Source: the human T2T-CHM13v2.0 reference genome, Homo sapiens
DNA length: 64,000 nucleotides
Reading direction: 5' to 3' (one strand)
Assembly: GCF_009914755.1 (NCBI RefSeq)
Contig: NC_060931.1
Position numbers and translations under genes: made by a program. This document shows positions 50,705 through 64,000 of the stretch, one piece after another. The notes beneath the pieces are model-generated. The model made no database searches. It saw nothing but the letters and a program-made list of their open reading frames with translations, and was not told where the DNA came from. Each line of letters begins with the position of its first letter. Position 1 is the first letter of the stretch.

Positions 50705-53700
50705 GAACTTTATCCACGGCCACATCCACCTCTCATGTGACTTTCCCCAGGGCGGAAGCAACCCGCACTGCCCTCAGCAATTCTCCACACTCCAGATACC
50801 TGGCTGAGTGGCCACAAGGTGTCCCCCAGCTCGCCTCTCCTGCTCCTGGCCACAGGGAAAATGCACCTATGACGCTCACTACCTCCCCCCATGACACACT
50901 CATCTCTGAAACATTGCTCAGCTCTCTAGTCAGTTCCAACACCTCAACCACCCCGACGTCCAAGTTTGCCTTCAAGGTTGAAACCACTCCACCCACCGTG
51001 TTGGTCTATTTGGCCACCACTGAGTGCGTGTATCCAACGAGCTTTATAATCACCATCTCCCACCCCACCTCCATCTGTGTGACCACGACGCAGGTGACCT
51101 TCACCAGTTCTTACACCCCCACTCCTGTGACACAGAAACCAGTGACCACCGTCACCAGGACTTACCCTATGACCACTACTGAGAAAGGAACGTCAGCCAT
51201 GATATCTTCTCCCTCTACCACCACTGCAAGGGAAACTCCCATAGTGACAGTGACACCCTCCTCCTCTGTGTCAGCCACAGACACAACCTTCCACACTACA
51301 ATCTCCTCTACAACTAGAACCACAGAAAGGACTCCCCTGCCCACTGGAAGCATCCATACGACCATGTCCCCAACCCCAGTATTTACTACTCTCAAAACAG
51401 CAGTGACTTCAACTTCCCCCATCACTTCTACCATCACTTCCACAAATACAGTGACTTCTATGACAACGACCACCTCCCGGCCCACAGCCACTAATACGTT
51501 GTCATCACTCATGAGTAACATTTTATCTTCTACACCTGTCCCAAGCACAGAAATGACCACCAGTCATACCACAGACACCAACCCTCTATCTACCTTGGTG
51601 ACCACACTCCCCACTACCATCACCAGGTCTACACCTACATCTGAGACCACCTACCCTGCTTCTCCCACCAGCACTGTCACAGACTCCACAACTGAAATCA
51701 CCTACTCCACAGTTTTGACAGGTACATTGTCCCCCACCACTACTCTCCCACCCACTTCTTCCTCTCAGCAAACCACAGAAACACCTATGACTCCTACCAC
51801 AAAATTGGTAACCACCACCACTGAGACCACCTCCCAGAGTAGTCTGAACTTCTCTTCTTCAGCCATCTACTCCACCGTCAGCACATCCACAACTGCCATC
51901 TCCTCACTTCCCCCTACCTCAGGTACCATGGTGACTTCCACAAATATAGTCCCTACAGCAGATTTAAAACCAGAACTTATACTCCTCGAAGTTCATGACC
52001 AAAGAATTCAAGCAAAGAACCCCCGATATTCTCAGACCCCCTTCACCAGCTCTACAGCCACATCTCCTGAGACCACCACACTGACTTGTACGAATGACAT
52101 CTCCACAGAATCTCTCACAACAGCAATGACTTCTACTACCCCCGTCATTTCTGCAATCACTCCCAAGACTACAGTGACTTCTATGACAACTACCGCCTCC
52201 GGGCCCACAACCACTAATACATTATCATCACTCACCAGTAGCATTTTATCTTCCACTCCTGCCCCGAACACAGAAGTGATCACCAGTCATACCACAACCA
52301 CCACCCCACCATCTACCTTGGTGACCACACTCCCCACTGCCATCGCCAGGTCTACACCTACATCTGAGACCACCTACCCTATTTCTCCTACTGGCACTGT
52401 CACAGACTCCATGACTGAAATCACCTATTCCACAAGTATGACAGGTACATGGTCCACCGCTACTACTCTCCCACTCACCTCTTGCTCTCTCCCAACCATA
52501 GAAACAGCCACGACTCCTACCACAAACTTGGGAAACACCACCACTGAGACCACCTCCCACAGTACTCCCAGCTTCACTTCTTCAGCCATCTACTCCACCG
52601 TCAACATATCCACAACTACCATCTCCTCATTTCCCCCTTCCTCAGGTACCATGGTGACATTCACAACCATGAACCCATCCTCTCTGAGTACAGACATATC
52701 TACCACCACACTGAAAAATATCACCCAGCCTTCTGTGGGCTCTACTGGTTTCCTGACTGCAGCTACAGACCTCACCTCAACATTCACTGTTTCCAGTTCC
52801 TCAGCAATGTCCACAAGTGTCACTCCATCTGCCCCCAGCATCCAGAATAAAGAAATCTCAACACTTGTGAGTACAACCACTACCACCAGTCCCACTGAGA
52901 GAATGACTCTCACAAGTACAGAGAATACCCCGACAAGTTACATCCTGACCACCAGTCCAGTGACATATTCATTTTCCCCTTCCATGTCTGCCAGCAGTGA
53001 CTGGACCACTGACACAGAGAGCATCTCCTCAGCTCCAGCCATCACCAGTACACTCCACACAACAGCTGAATCCACCCTGGCACCCACTACCACCAACTCA
53101 TTCACAACATCCGCAAACATGGAACCACCTTCAACCGCTGTAGCAACTACAGGCACAGGTCAGAGCACCTTCACCAGCTCTACAGCCACATTCCTTGAGA
53201 CCACCACACTGACTCCTACAACTGACATATCCACAGAATCTTTTATGACACCAATGATTTCTACTACCCCCATCACTTCTTCAATGACTCTCAGAAATAC
53301 AATGACTTCTATGACAACTGCTGCCTCCCGGCCCACAACGACTAATACATTATCATCACTCACCAGTAGCATTTTATCATCCACACCTGTCCCAAGCACA
53401 GAAGTGATCACCAGTCAAACCACAAACACCACATCTCCATCTACCTTGGTGACGACACTCCCAACTACCATCACTACGTCCACACCTACATCTGAGACAA
53501 CCTATTCTACTTCTCCCACTAGCACTGTCACAGACTCCACGACCGAAACCACCTACTCCACAAGTATAACAGGTACATTGTCTACTGAGATTTCTCTCCC
53601 AGCCACTACTTCCTCTCTCATAACCAAAGGAATATCCATGACTTCTACCAGAAACTTGGTAACAACCACTAATGAGAACACCTCTCATAGTACTCCCACC

Positions 53701-56700
53701 TTCACTTTAACCATCCACTCCACCATCAGCACATCCACAACTGCCATCTCCTCAGTTCCCACTACCTCAGGTCCCATAGTGACTTCCACAACCATGACCC
53801 CATCTTCTCTGACTGCAGACATCCCTACCACCACACTGACAACCATCGCCCAGCCTTCAATGGGCTCTACTGTTTTCCTGACTACAGCAACAGACCTTGC
53901 CTCAACATTCACTGTTTCCAGTTCCTCAGCAATGTCTGCAAGTGTCATTCCATCTTCCCCCAGCATCCAGAATACAGAAACCTCATCCCTTGTCAACATG
54001 ACCTCTGCCAACACTCCCAGTGTGAGACCAAATTTTGCAAGTACACACAGCACTCTGACAAGTTCCCTCCTGATGACCTTCCCAGAAACATATTCATTTT
54101 CCCCTTCCATGTCTGCCAGCAATGACAGGACCACTCACACAGAGAGTATCTCCTCACCTCCAGCCAGCACCAGTACACTCCAGACAACAGCTGAATACAC
54201 CCTGGCACCCACTACCACCACCTCATTCACAACTCCCAGAACTATGGAACTACCTTTATCCACTGTAGCAACTAGAGGCACAGGTCAGACCACCTTCACC
54301 AGCCCTACAGCCACATTCTCTGAGACCACCACACTGACTCCTACCACTGACATTTCTACAGAATCTCTGACAACAGCCATGACTTCTCCTCCCAACAATG
54401 TATCAGTCACTTCCACAAATATAGTGACTTCTATGACAACTACAACCTCTCCTCACACAACCACTCATTCTTTTACCTCACTGACCAGTATGACTCTGTC
54501 TTCTACACCTGTCCCAAGCACAGAAGCAATCACCAGTGGCATCACAAACACAATCCCTGCATCTACCTTGGTGACCACACTCCCCACTCCAAATGCCTCG
54601 TCTGTGACTACATTTGAGACCACTTATCCTAATTCTCCGACTGGTCCTGGTACAAACTCCACGACCAAAATCACCTATCCCATCACTATGACAGAGACAT
54701 CATCCAATGCCACCTCTCTTCCACTCATCTCTCCTTCGGTCTCAACCGCAGAAACAGCCAAAACTCCTACCACAATCTTGGTAACCACCACCACCAAGAC
54801 CACCTCACATAGTACCACCAGCTTCACTTCTTCAACCATCTACTCCACAGGCAGCACATACACAACTGCCATCACCTCAGTTCCCACAACCTTGGGTAAC
54901 ATGGTGACTTCTACATCCAGGATCCCATCTAGTCTCAGTACAGATATCCCTACCTCACAACCAACAACCATCACTCCCTCATCTGTGGGCATCACTGGTT
55001 CATTACCTATGATGACGGACCTCACCTCAGTGTACACAGTCTCCAGCATGTCTGCAAGACTAACAACTGTCATTCCCTCATCTCCCACTGTCCAGAATAC
55101 AGAAACCTCATCCTTTGTCAGCATGACCTCTGCCACCACTCCCAGTGAGAGACCAACTTTCACAAGTACTGAGAACACTCCAACATGGTCCCTCCTGACA
55201 AGCTTTCCAATGACACATTCGTTCTCTTCTATTTCTGCCAGCAGTGCTGGGACCACTCACACAGAGAGTATCTCCTCACCTCCAGCCACCACCAGTACAC
55301 TCCACACAACAGCTGAATCCACACTGTCACCCACTATCACCTCATTCACCACATCCACAACTAGGGAACCACCTTCAACATCTGTAGCAACTACAGGCAC
55401 AGGGCAGACCACCTTCCCCAGCTCTACAGCCACATTCCCTGAGACCACCACACTGACTCCTACAATTGACATTTCCACAGAATCTCTCACAACAGCCATG
55501 ACTTCTACTCCTCCCATCACTTCTTCAGTCACTCCCACCAATACAGTGACTTCTATGACAACTACGACTTCCTGGCCCACAGCCAGTAATATGTTATCAT
55601 CACTCACCGGTAGCATTTTATCTTCCACACCTGTCCCGAGCACAGAAGTGATCACCAGTCAAACCACAAACACCACACGTCCATCTACCTTGGTGATGAC
55701 ACTCCCAACTACCATCACCACGTCTACACCTACATCTGAGACAACCTATTCTACTTCTCCCACTAGCACTGTCACAGACTCCATGACCGAAACCACTTAC
55801 TCCACAAGTATAGCTGGAACATTGTCCACTGAGATTTCTCTCCCAGCCACTACTTCCTCTCTCACAACCAAAGGAACATCCACAATTTCTACCAGAAACT
55901 TGGTAACAACCACCAATGAGACCACCTCTCACAGTACTCCCAGCTTCACTTCGACCATCCACTCCACCGTCAGCACATCCACAACTGCCATCTCCTCAGT
56001 TTCCACTACCTCAGGTCCCATGGTGACTTCCACAACCATGACCCTGTCTTCCCTGACTACAGACATCCCTACCACCACACTGACAACCATCACCCAGCCT
56101 TCAGTGGGCTCTACTGCTTTCCTGACTACAGCATCAGGCCTTACCTCAACATTCACTGTTTCCAGTTCCTCAGCAATGTCCACAAGTGTCATTCCATCTT
56201 CCCCCAACATCCAGAATACAGAAACCTCAACCCTTGTGAGTACAACCATTGCCGTCAGTCCCACTGAAAGAACGACTCTCACAAGTACAAAGAAGACCTT
56301 GACAAGTTCAGCCCTGACAAGATTTCCAGTGACATACCCATTTTCCTCTTCCACGTCTGCCAGCAGTGACTTGACCACTGACATGGAGAGCATCTCCTCA
56401 CTTCCAGCCATCACTAGTACACTCCACACAACAGCTGAATCCACCCCAGCACCCACTTCCATCACATCATTCACGACATCTGCAACCATGGAACCACCTT
56501 CATCCAGTGTAGCAGCTACAGACACAGGTCAGACCACCTTCACCAGCTCTACAGCCACATTCCCTGAGACCATCACACTGACTCCTAACACGAACATGTC
56601 CAGAGAATCTCTCATGACACCAATGACTTCTACTACCCCCATCACTTCTGCAATCACTCCCACAAATACAGTGACTTCTATGACAACTATGACCTCTCCT

Positions 56701-59700
56701 CCTACAACCACCAATTCTTTTACATCACTGAGCAGTAAGATTCTGTCTTCCACACCTGTCCCAAGCACAGAAGCAATCATCAGTGGCACCACAAACACAA
56801 TCCCTCCGTCTACCTTGGTGACCACACTCCCTACTCCAAATGCCTCGTCTATGACTACGTCTGAGACCACCTATCCTAATTCTCCGACTGGTCCTGTTAC
56901 AAACTCCATGAGCAAGATCTCCTATCCCGCCAGTATGACACAGACATCATCCACTGCAACCTCTCTTCCCCCCAACTCTCCCTCGGGCTCAACCACAGAA
57001 ATAGCCAAAAGTCCTACCACAAACTTGGTAACAAATGCCATCAAGGCCACCTCACATACTACCACCACCTACACTTCTTCAACCATCTACTTCACAGCCA
57101 GCACATACACAAGTGCCATGACCTCAGTTTCCTTGGGTACTATGGTGACTTCTACATCCATGACCCCATCTACTGTGAGTACGAGTATCCCTACCTCACA
57201 ACCAAAAACCGTCAATTCCTCATCTGGGGGCATCACTGGTTCATTACCTATGATGACAGACCTTACCTCAGGGTACACCGTCTCCAGTATGTCTGCACTT
57301 CCCACAACTGTCATTCCTACATCTCTCACTGTCCAGAATACAGAAACCTCAATCTTTGTCAGCATGACCTCTGCCACCACTCCCAGTGGGAGACCAACTT
57401 TCACAAGTACTGTGAACACTCCCACAAGGTCCCTCCTGACAAGCTTTCCAACGACACATTTATTCTCTTCTTCCATGTCTGAAAGCAGTGCTGGGACCAC
57501 TCACACAGAGAGTATCTCCTCACCTCCAGCCACCACCAGTACACTCCACACAACAGCTGAATCCACCCCGTCGTGCACTACCACCACGTCATTCATCACA
57601 TCCACAACTATGGAACCACTTTCAACCATTGTAGCAACGACAGGCACAGTTAAGACCACCGTCACCAGCTCCACAGCCACATTCCGGGAGACCACCACAC
57701 TGACTTCTACAACTGACATCTCCACAGAATCTCTCATGACAGCAATGACTTCTACTACCCGACTCACTTCTGCAATCACTTCCAAGACTACATTGACTTC
57801 TTTGAAGACTACTGCCTCCCGGCCCACAGCCAATAGTACGTTATCATCACTCACCAGTAGCATTTTGTCTTCCACACTTGTCCCCAGCACAGACATGATC
57901 ACTAGTCATACCACAAACCTTACCCGTTCATCTCCCTTGCTTGCCACACTCCCTACTACCATCACCAGGTCTACACCTACATCTGAGACCACATACCCTA
58001 CTTCTCCTACCAGCACAGTGAAAGGCTCCACGACCAGCATCAGGTATTCCACAAGTATGACAGGTACATTGTCTATGGAGACTTCTCTCCCACCCACCTC
58101 TTCCTCTCTCCCAACCACAGAAACAGCCACGACTCCTACCACAAATTTGGTAACCACTGAGATAACATCCCACAGTACTCCCAGCTTCTCTTCTTCAACC
58201 ATCCACTCCACAGTCAGCACACCCACAACTGTCATCTCCTCAGGTCCCCCTACCTCAGGTACCATAGTGACTTCCATAACCGTGACTCCATCTTCTCTGA
58301 GTACAGACATCCCTTTGACAACACCAACAACTATCACTCACCATTCCGTCGGCTCTACTGAATCCTTGCTTACAGCAACTGACCTCACATCAACATTCAC
58401 TGTTTCCAGTTCCTCAGCAATGTCTACAAGTGACATCCCATCTTCCCCTAGCATCCAGAATACAGAAACCTCATCCCTTGTCAGCATGACCTCTGCCACC
58501 ATTCCCAGTGTGAGACCAACTTTTACAAGTACACACAACACTCTGACAAGTTCCCTCCTAACGACGTTCCCAGGGACGTATTCATTTTCCTCTTCCATGT
58601 CTGCCAGCAGTGATGGGACCACTCACACAGAAACTATCACCTCACTTCCAGCCAGCACCAGTACACTCCACACCACAGCTGAATCCACCACAGCACACAC
58701 TACCACCACCTCATTCACAACTTCCACAACTATGGAATCACCTTCATCCAGTGTAGCAACTACAAGCACAGGTCAGACCACCTTCTCCAGCTCTACGGCC
58801 ACATTCACTGAGACCACCACATTGACTCCTACGACTGACTTTTCTGAAGAAACTCTCACAACAGCCATGACTTCTACTCCCCCCATCACTTCTTCAATCA
58901 CTCCCACCAATACAGTGACTTCTATGACAACTATGACCTCCTGGCCCACAGCCACTAATACGTTGTCATCCCTCACCACTAACATTTTATCTTCTACACC
59001 TGTCCCGAGCACAGAGAGGACCACCAGTCATACTACAAACATCAATCCTGTATCCACCTTGGTGACCACACTCCCCACTACCATCACCAGGTCTACACCT
59101 ACATCTGAGACCACCTACCCTATTTCTTCCACCAGCACTGTCACAGAGTCCACGACTGAAATCACCTATTCCACTACTATGACAGAGACATCATCCAGTG
59201 CCACCTCTCTTCCACTCACCTCTCCCTTGGTCTCAACCACAGAAACAGCCAAAACTCCTACCACAATCTTGGTAACCACCACCACCAAGACCACCTCACA
59301 TAGTACCACCAGCTTCACTTCTTCAACCGTCTACTCCACAGCCAGCACACACACCACTGCCATCACTTCAGTTCCCACTACCTTGGGTACCATGGTGACT
59401 TCTACATCCAGGATCCCATCTAGTCTCAGTACAGATATCCCTACCTCACAACCAACAACCATCACTCCCTCATCTGTGGGCATCACTGGTTCATTACCTA
59501 TGATGACAGACCTCACCTCAGTGTACACAGTCTCCAGCATGTCTGCAAGGCCAACAAGTGTCATTCCTTCATCTCCCACTGTCCAGAATACAGAAACCTC
59601 AATCTTTGTTAGCATGATGTCTGCTACCACTCCCAGTGGAGGATCAACTTTCACAAGTACTGAGAACACTCCAACAAGGTCCCTCCTGACAAGCTTTCCA

Positions 59701-62700
59701 GTGACACATTCATTTTCCTCTTCCATGTCTGCCAGCAGTGTAGGGACCACTCACACCCAGAGTATCTCCTCACCCCCAGCCATCACCAGTACACTCCACA
59801 CAACAGCTGAATCCACCCCGTCACCTACAACCACCATGTCATTCACAACATTTACAAAGATGGAAACACCTTCATCCACTGTAGCAACTACAGGCACAGG
59901 TCAGACTACATTCACCAGTTCAACAGCCACATCCCCTGAGACCAACACATTGACTCCTACCCCTGACATTTCCACAGGATCTTTCAAAACAGCAGTGAGT
60001 TCTACTCCCCCCATCACTTCTTCAGTCACTTCCACATATACAGTGACTTTTATGACAACTACCGCCCCTCTGCCCACAGCCACTAATACATTACCATCAT
60101 TCACCAGTAGCGTTTCATCTTCTATGACTGTCCCAAGTACAGAAGCGATCGCCAGTGATACCACAAACACCACCCCTCTATCTACCTTGGTGACCATATT
60201 CTCCAATTCTGACACCAGTTCTACACCTACATCTGAGACTACCTACCCTACTTCTCTTACTAGTGCTCTCGCAGATTCCACGAACAGAATCACCTATTCC
60301 ACCAGTGTGACAGGTACACTGTCCACTGTGACCTCTCTCCGACCCACCTCTCCCTCTCTCCCCACCACAGTAACAGCCACAATTCCTACCACAAACTTGG
60401 TAACCAAGACCACCAAGACCACCTCACACAGCACTCCCAGCTTCACTTCTGTGATCACCACCACCAAGACCACTTCACACAATCCTCCCAGCTTCACTTC
60501 TCGGATCAGCACCACCGAGATCACCTCACACAGTTCTAGCTTCACTTCTCTGATCACCACCACGAAGACCACCTCACACAGTACTCCCAGCTTCACATCT
60601 CCGATCGCCACCACCAAGACCTCCTCACACAGTTCTCCCAGCTTCACTTCTTCAATCGCCACCCTCGAGACCACCTCCCACAGTACTCCCAGCTTCACTT
60701 CTTCGATCACGACCAACTCACACAGTACTCCCAGATTCAGTTCTTCAATCGCCACCAGGGAGACCACCTCACACAGTACTTCCAGCTTCACTCCTTCGAT
60801 TGCCACCACGAAGACCAACTCAAACAGTACTCCCAGCTTCACTTCTTTGATCGCCACGACCAAGATCACCACACACAGTACTCCCAGCTTGACTTCTTTG
60901 ATCACTACCACCGAGACCACCTCACACAGTACTCCCAGCTTCACTTCTTCGATGGCCACCACCAAGACCACCTCACACAGTACTCCCAGCTTCACTTCTC
61001 CAATCGCCACCAGGGAGACCACCTCACACAGTACTCCAAGCTTCACTTCTTTGATAACCACCACCAAGACCACTTCACATAGTACTCCAAGTTTCACTTC
61101 TTTGATCACCATCATCGAGACCACCTCACACATTTCCAGCTTCACTTCCTCGATCGCCACCACTGAGACCACCTCACACAGTACTCCCAGCATCACTTCT
61201 TTGATTGTTACCAAGACTACCTCACACAGTACCCCCAGTTTCACTTCTATTGCCACCACAGAGACCACTTCACACAGTACTACCAGCTTCACTTCTTCAA
61301 CTGCCACCACAGAGACCACCTCACGTAGTACTCCCAGCTTCACTTCATTGATCAACACCACCGAGACCACCTCACACAGTACTCCCAGCTTCATTTCTTT
61401 GATCACCACCACTGAGACCGCATCCTATAGTACTTCTAGCTTCAGTTCTTTGATCACCACGACCAGGACCACATCTCAGAGTACTCCCAGCTTGACTTCT
61501 TCCATCACCACAGCTGAGACCATCTCATACAGTAGTCCCAGCTTCCCTTCTTTAATCACTATCACTAAGTCCACATCCCACAGTACTGCCAGCTTCAGTT
61601 CTTCAATCACCACCACTGAGACGAACTTACACAGTACTCCCAGCTTCACTTCTTCAACCACCACCACCGAAACTGCCTCACACAGTACTTCCAGCTTCAC
61701 TTCTTCAATCACCACAACCAAGGCCACCTCACACAGTACTCCCAGCTTCACTTCTTCAATCGCCACCACCGAGACCACCTCACACAATACTCCCAACATC
61801 ACTACTTCAATCAGCACAACCGCGACCACATTCCACAGTACTCCCAGGTTCACTTCCTCAATCACCACCATCGAGACCCCCTCACACGGTACTCCCAGCT
61901 TCACATCTTCAATCACCAGCACTGAAACCACCTCACACAGTAGTCCCAGCTTCATTTCTTCAATTACCACCACCGAGATCACCTCACACAGTACTCCCCG
62001 CTTCACTTCTTCAATCACCACAATGGAGACCCCCTCACACAGTACTCCCAACTTCACTTCCTCAATTACTACTGCTGAGACCACCTCACATAGGACTTCC
62101 AGCTTCACTTTTTCGATCACCAACACCAAGACCACCTCACACAGTACTTCCATCTTCACTTCCTCAATAATCACCGAGACCAGCTCACACAGTTCTCCCA
62201 GCGTCACTTCTGCAATCACCACCACCGAGACCACTTCACACAATACTCCCAGCTACACTTTTTCGATTGCCACCACCAAGAACACCTCACAGAGTACTCC
62301 CAGCTTCACTTCTTCTATCATTACCACGGAGACCATACCACAGAGTACTCCCAGCTTCACTTCTTGTATCACTACAAACAAGACCATACCACACAGTACT
62401 CCCAGCTTGACTTCCGTGATCACAACCACCAAGACCACCTCAAACAGTATTCAAGGTTTCACTTTTTCAATCACCCCCACCGAGACCACCTCACACAGTA
62501 CTCCCAGCTTCACTTCTTCAATCGCCGCCACGGAGACCACCTCACACCATACTCCCAGCTTCAATTCTGTGATCGCCACCTCCGAGACCAACTCACACAG
62601 TGCTCCTAGCTTCAGTTCTTTGATTGCCAACACCGAGACCACCTCACACAGTACTCCCAGCTTCACTTCTCTGATTGCCACCACTGAGACCACCTCACGG

Positions 62701-64000
62701 AGTACTCCCAGCTACACTTCTGCAATCACCACCACCGAGACCACCTCACACAGAACTCCCAGCTTCACTTCTTCAATCGCCACTGAGTCCACATCCCCCA
62801 GTACTGCCATCTTCACTTCTTCCATCACCACCACCGAGACCACCTCCAACAGTACTGCCAGCTTGACTTCTTCAATGACCACCACCGAGACCACCTCACA
62901 CAGTACTCCCAGCTTGACTTCTTCAATGACCGCCACCGAGACCACCTCACACAGTACTCCCAGCTTCACTTCTTTGATCATCACCACTGAGACAACATCC
63001 CACAGTACCCCCAGCTTGACTTCTTTGATCACCAGCACCGAGACCACATCCCACAGTACTCCCAGCTTGACTTCTTTGATCACCACCACTGAGACTACAT
63101 CACACAGTACTCCCAGCTTCACTTCTTCAATCACCATCACCGAGTCCATATCCTACAGTAATCCTGGCTTCAATTCTTCCATCACCACCACTGAGACCAC
63201 CTCACACCATACTCCCAACTTCCCTTCTTCAATCACAAACACCGAGACCACCTCACAGAGTACTTCCAACTTCACTTATTCAACCACCACCACCAAGACC
63301 ACCTCACACGGTACTCCCAGCTTCACTTCTTCAAACACCACCACCGAGATGACCTCACACAGTACCCCCAGCTTCACTTCTTCGATAACCACTACTGAGA
63401 CCACCTCACACAGTACTCTCAACTTCACTTGTTTGATCACCACCACCAACTCCACCTCACACAGTCCTCCAAGCTTCACTTCTGTGAGCACCACCACAGA
63501 GACCACCTCACACAGTACTCCCATCTTCACTTCTTCCATTACCACCACTGAGAGCACCTCACACAGTACTCCCAGCTTCACTTCATCGATCACCGGCATC
63601 AAGACCATCTCACACAATACTCCCAGCTTCAGTTCTTTGATCACTGCCACTGAGACCATATCACACAGTACTCCCAGCTTCAGTTCTTTGATCACCACCA
63701 CCGAGACCATATCACACAGTACTCCCAGCTTCACTTCTTTGATCACCAGCACCGAGACCGCATCCCACAGTTCTCCCAGCTTCACTTCTTCAATCACCAC
63801 CATTGAGACCACATCCCACAGTACTCCCAGCTTGACTTCTTTGATCACTACAACCAAGACAACCTCACAGAGTCCTCCCAGCTTCACTTCTTCGATCATC
63901 AGCACTGAGGCCGCTTCACACAGTACTCCCAGCTTCACTTCTTCAATCACCACCACAGAGACCCCCTCACACAGTACTCACAGTTTCACTTCTTTGATCG
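50705..64000 (+). CDS. MUC3B: MUC3B exon 2, PTS mucin domain, partial (runs off the window end)
   Basis: tgcag|GAACT acceptor as in MUC3A. The frame reads GTLSTATSTSHVTFPRAEATRTALSNSPHSRYLAEWPQG and is still in frame at TPSHSTHSFTSLI at the end. It is absent from the ORF track, consistent with no stop before the edge. Confidence 0.92.
51340..60400 (+). repeat. ~1,122-bp (~375-aa) tandem repeat of MUC3B, ~8.5 units
   Basis: SVG-type marker at 52732, 53857, 54982, 56101, 57223, 58345 and 59473. Confidence 0.9.
51943..52032 (+). other. Non-mucin in-frame insert NIVPTADLKPELILLEVHDQRIQAKNPRYS, candidate mitochondrial COX2-derived micro-NUMT
   Basis: Abrupt break in PTS composition and repeat register. 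Resembles the mammalian COX2 motif YM(I/V)PTxDLKPGELRLLEVDNR. Confidence 0.7.
60400..64000 (+). repeat. Degenerate 51-bp (17-aa) coding VNTR of MUC3B, ~70 copies in the window
   Basis: CACAGTACTCCCAGCTTCACTTCT periodicity with many substitutions and codon-length deletions. Confidence 0.95.

Noticed and set aside
48518-64000. MUC3B as an assembly duplicate or pseudogene of MUC3A
   Set aside because: It has substantial independent divergence, different repeat counts, intact splice sites and a 13.3-kb open frame.

Overview
Human (primate) genomic DNA from the 7q22 membrane-mucin cluster, consistent with a complete T2T-type assembly. Bases 1-13 kb are a dense Alu/L1/MaLR/DNA-transposon field. 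A complete 12-exon MUC3A gene follows on + (ATG 13718, TGA 38323, about 5,679 aa). It encodes a signal peptide, a 15.9-kb PTS exon with ~375-aa and 17-aa repeats, EGF-EGF-SEA-EGF, a TM helix and a PDZ-ligand tail. Next comes an orphan copy of the MUC12 5' end (signal-peptide exon at 40784 and a 35-nt micro-exon at 42571). The 5' part of the tandem paralogue MUC3B starts at ATG 48518, and its exon 2 is open from 50705 to the window end. The most striking observations are: (i) a ~90-nt in-frame insert in the MUC3B mucin exon that resembles an ancestral-type mitochondrial COX2 fragment (an exonised micro-NUMT) and replaces ~495 nt of repeat; (ii) the stranded MUC12-like leader exon is phase-compatible with MUC3B exon 2; (iii) a conserved AAAATGG|GTGAGT donor lies 83 nt upstream of exon 2 in both paralogues and could give signal-less mucins. 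Gene names, repeat families and the COX2 match come from recall, not from a database search.
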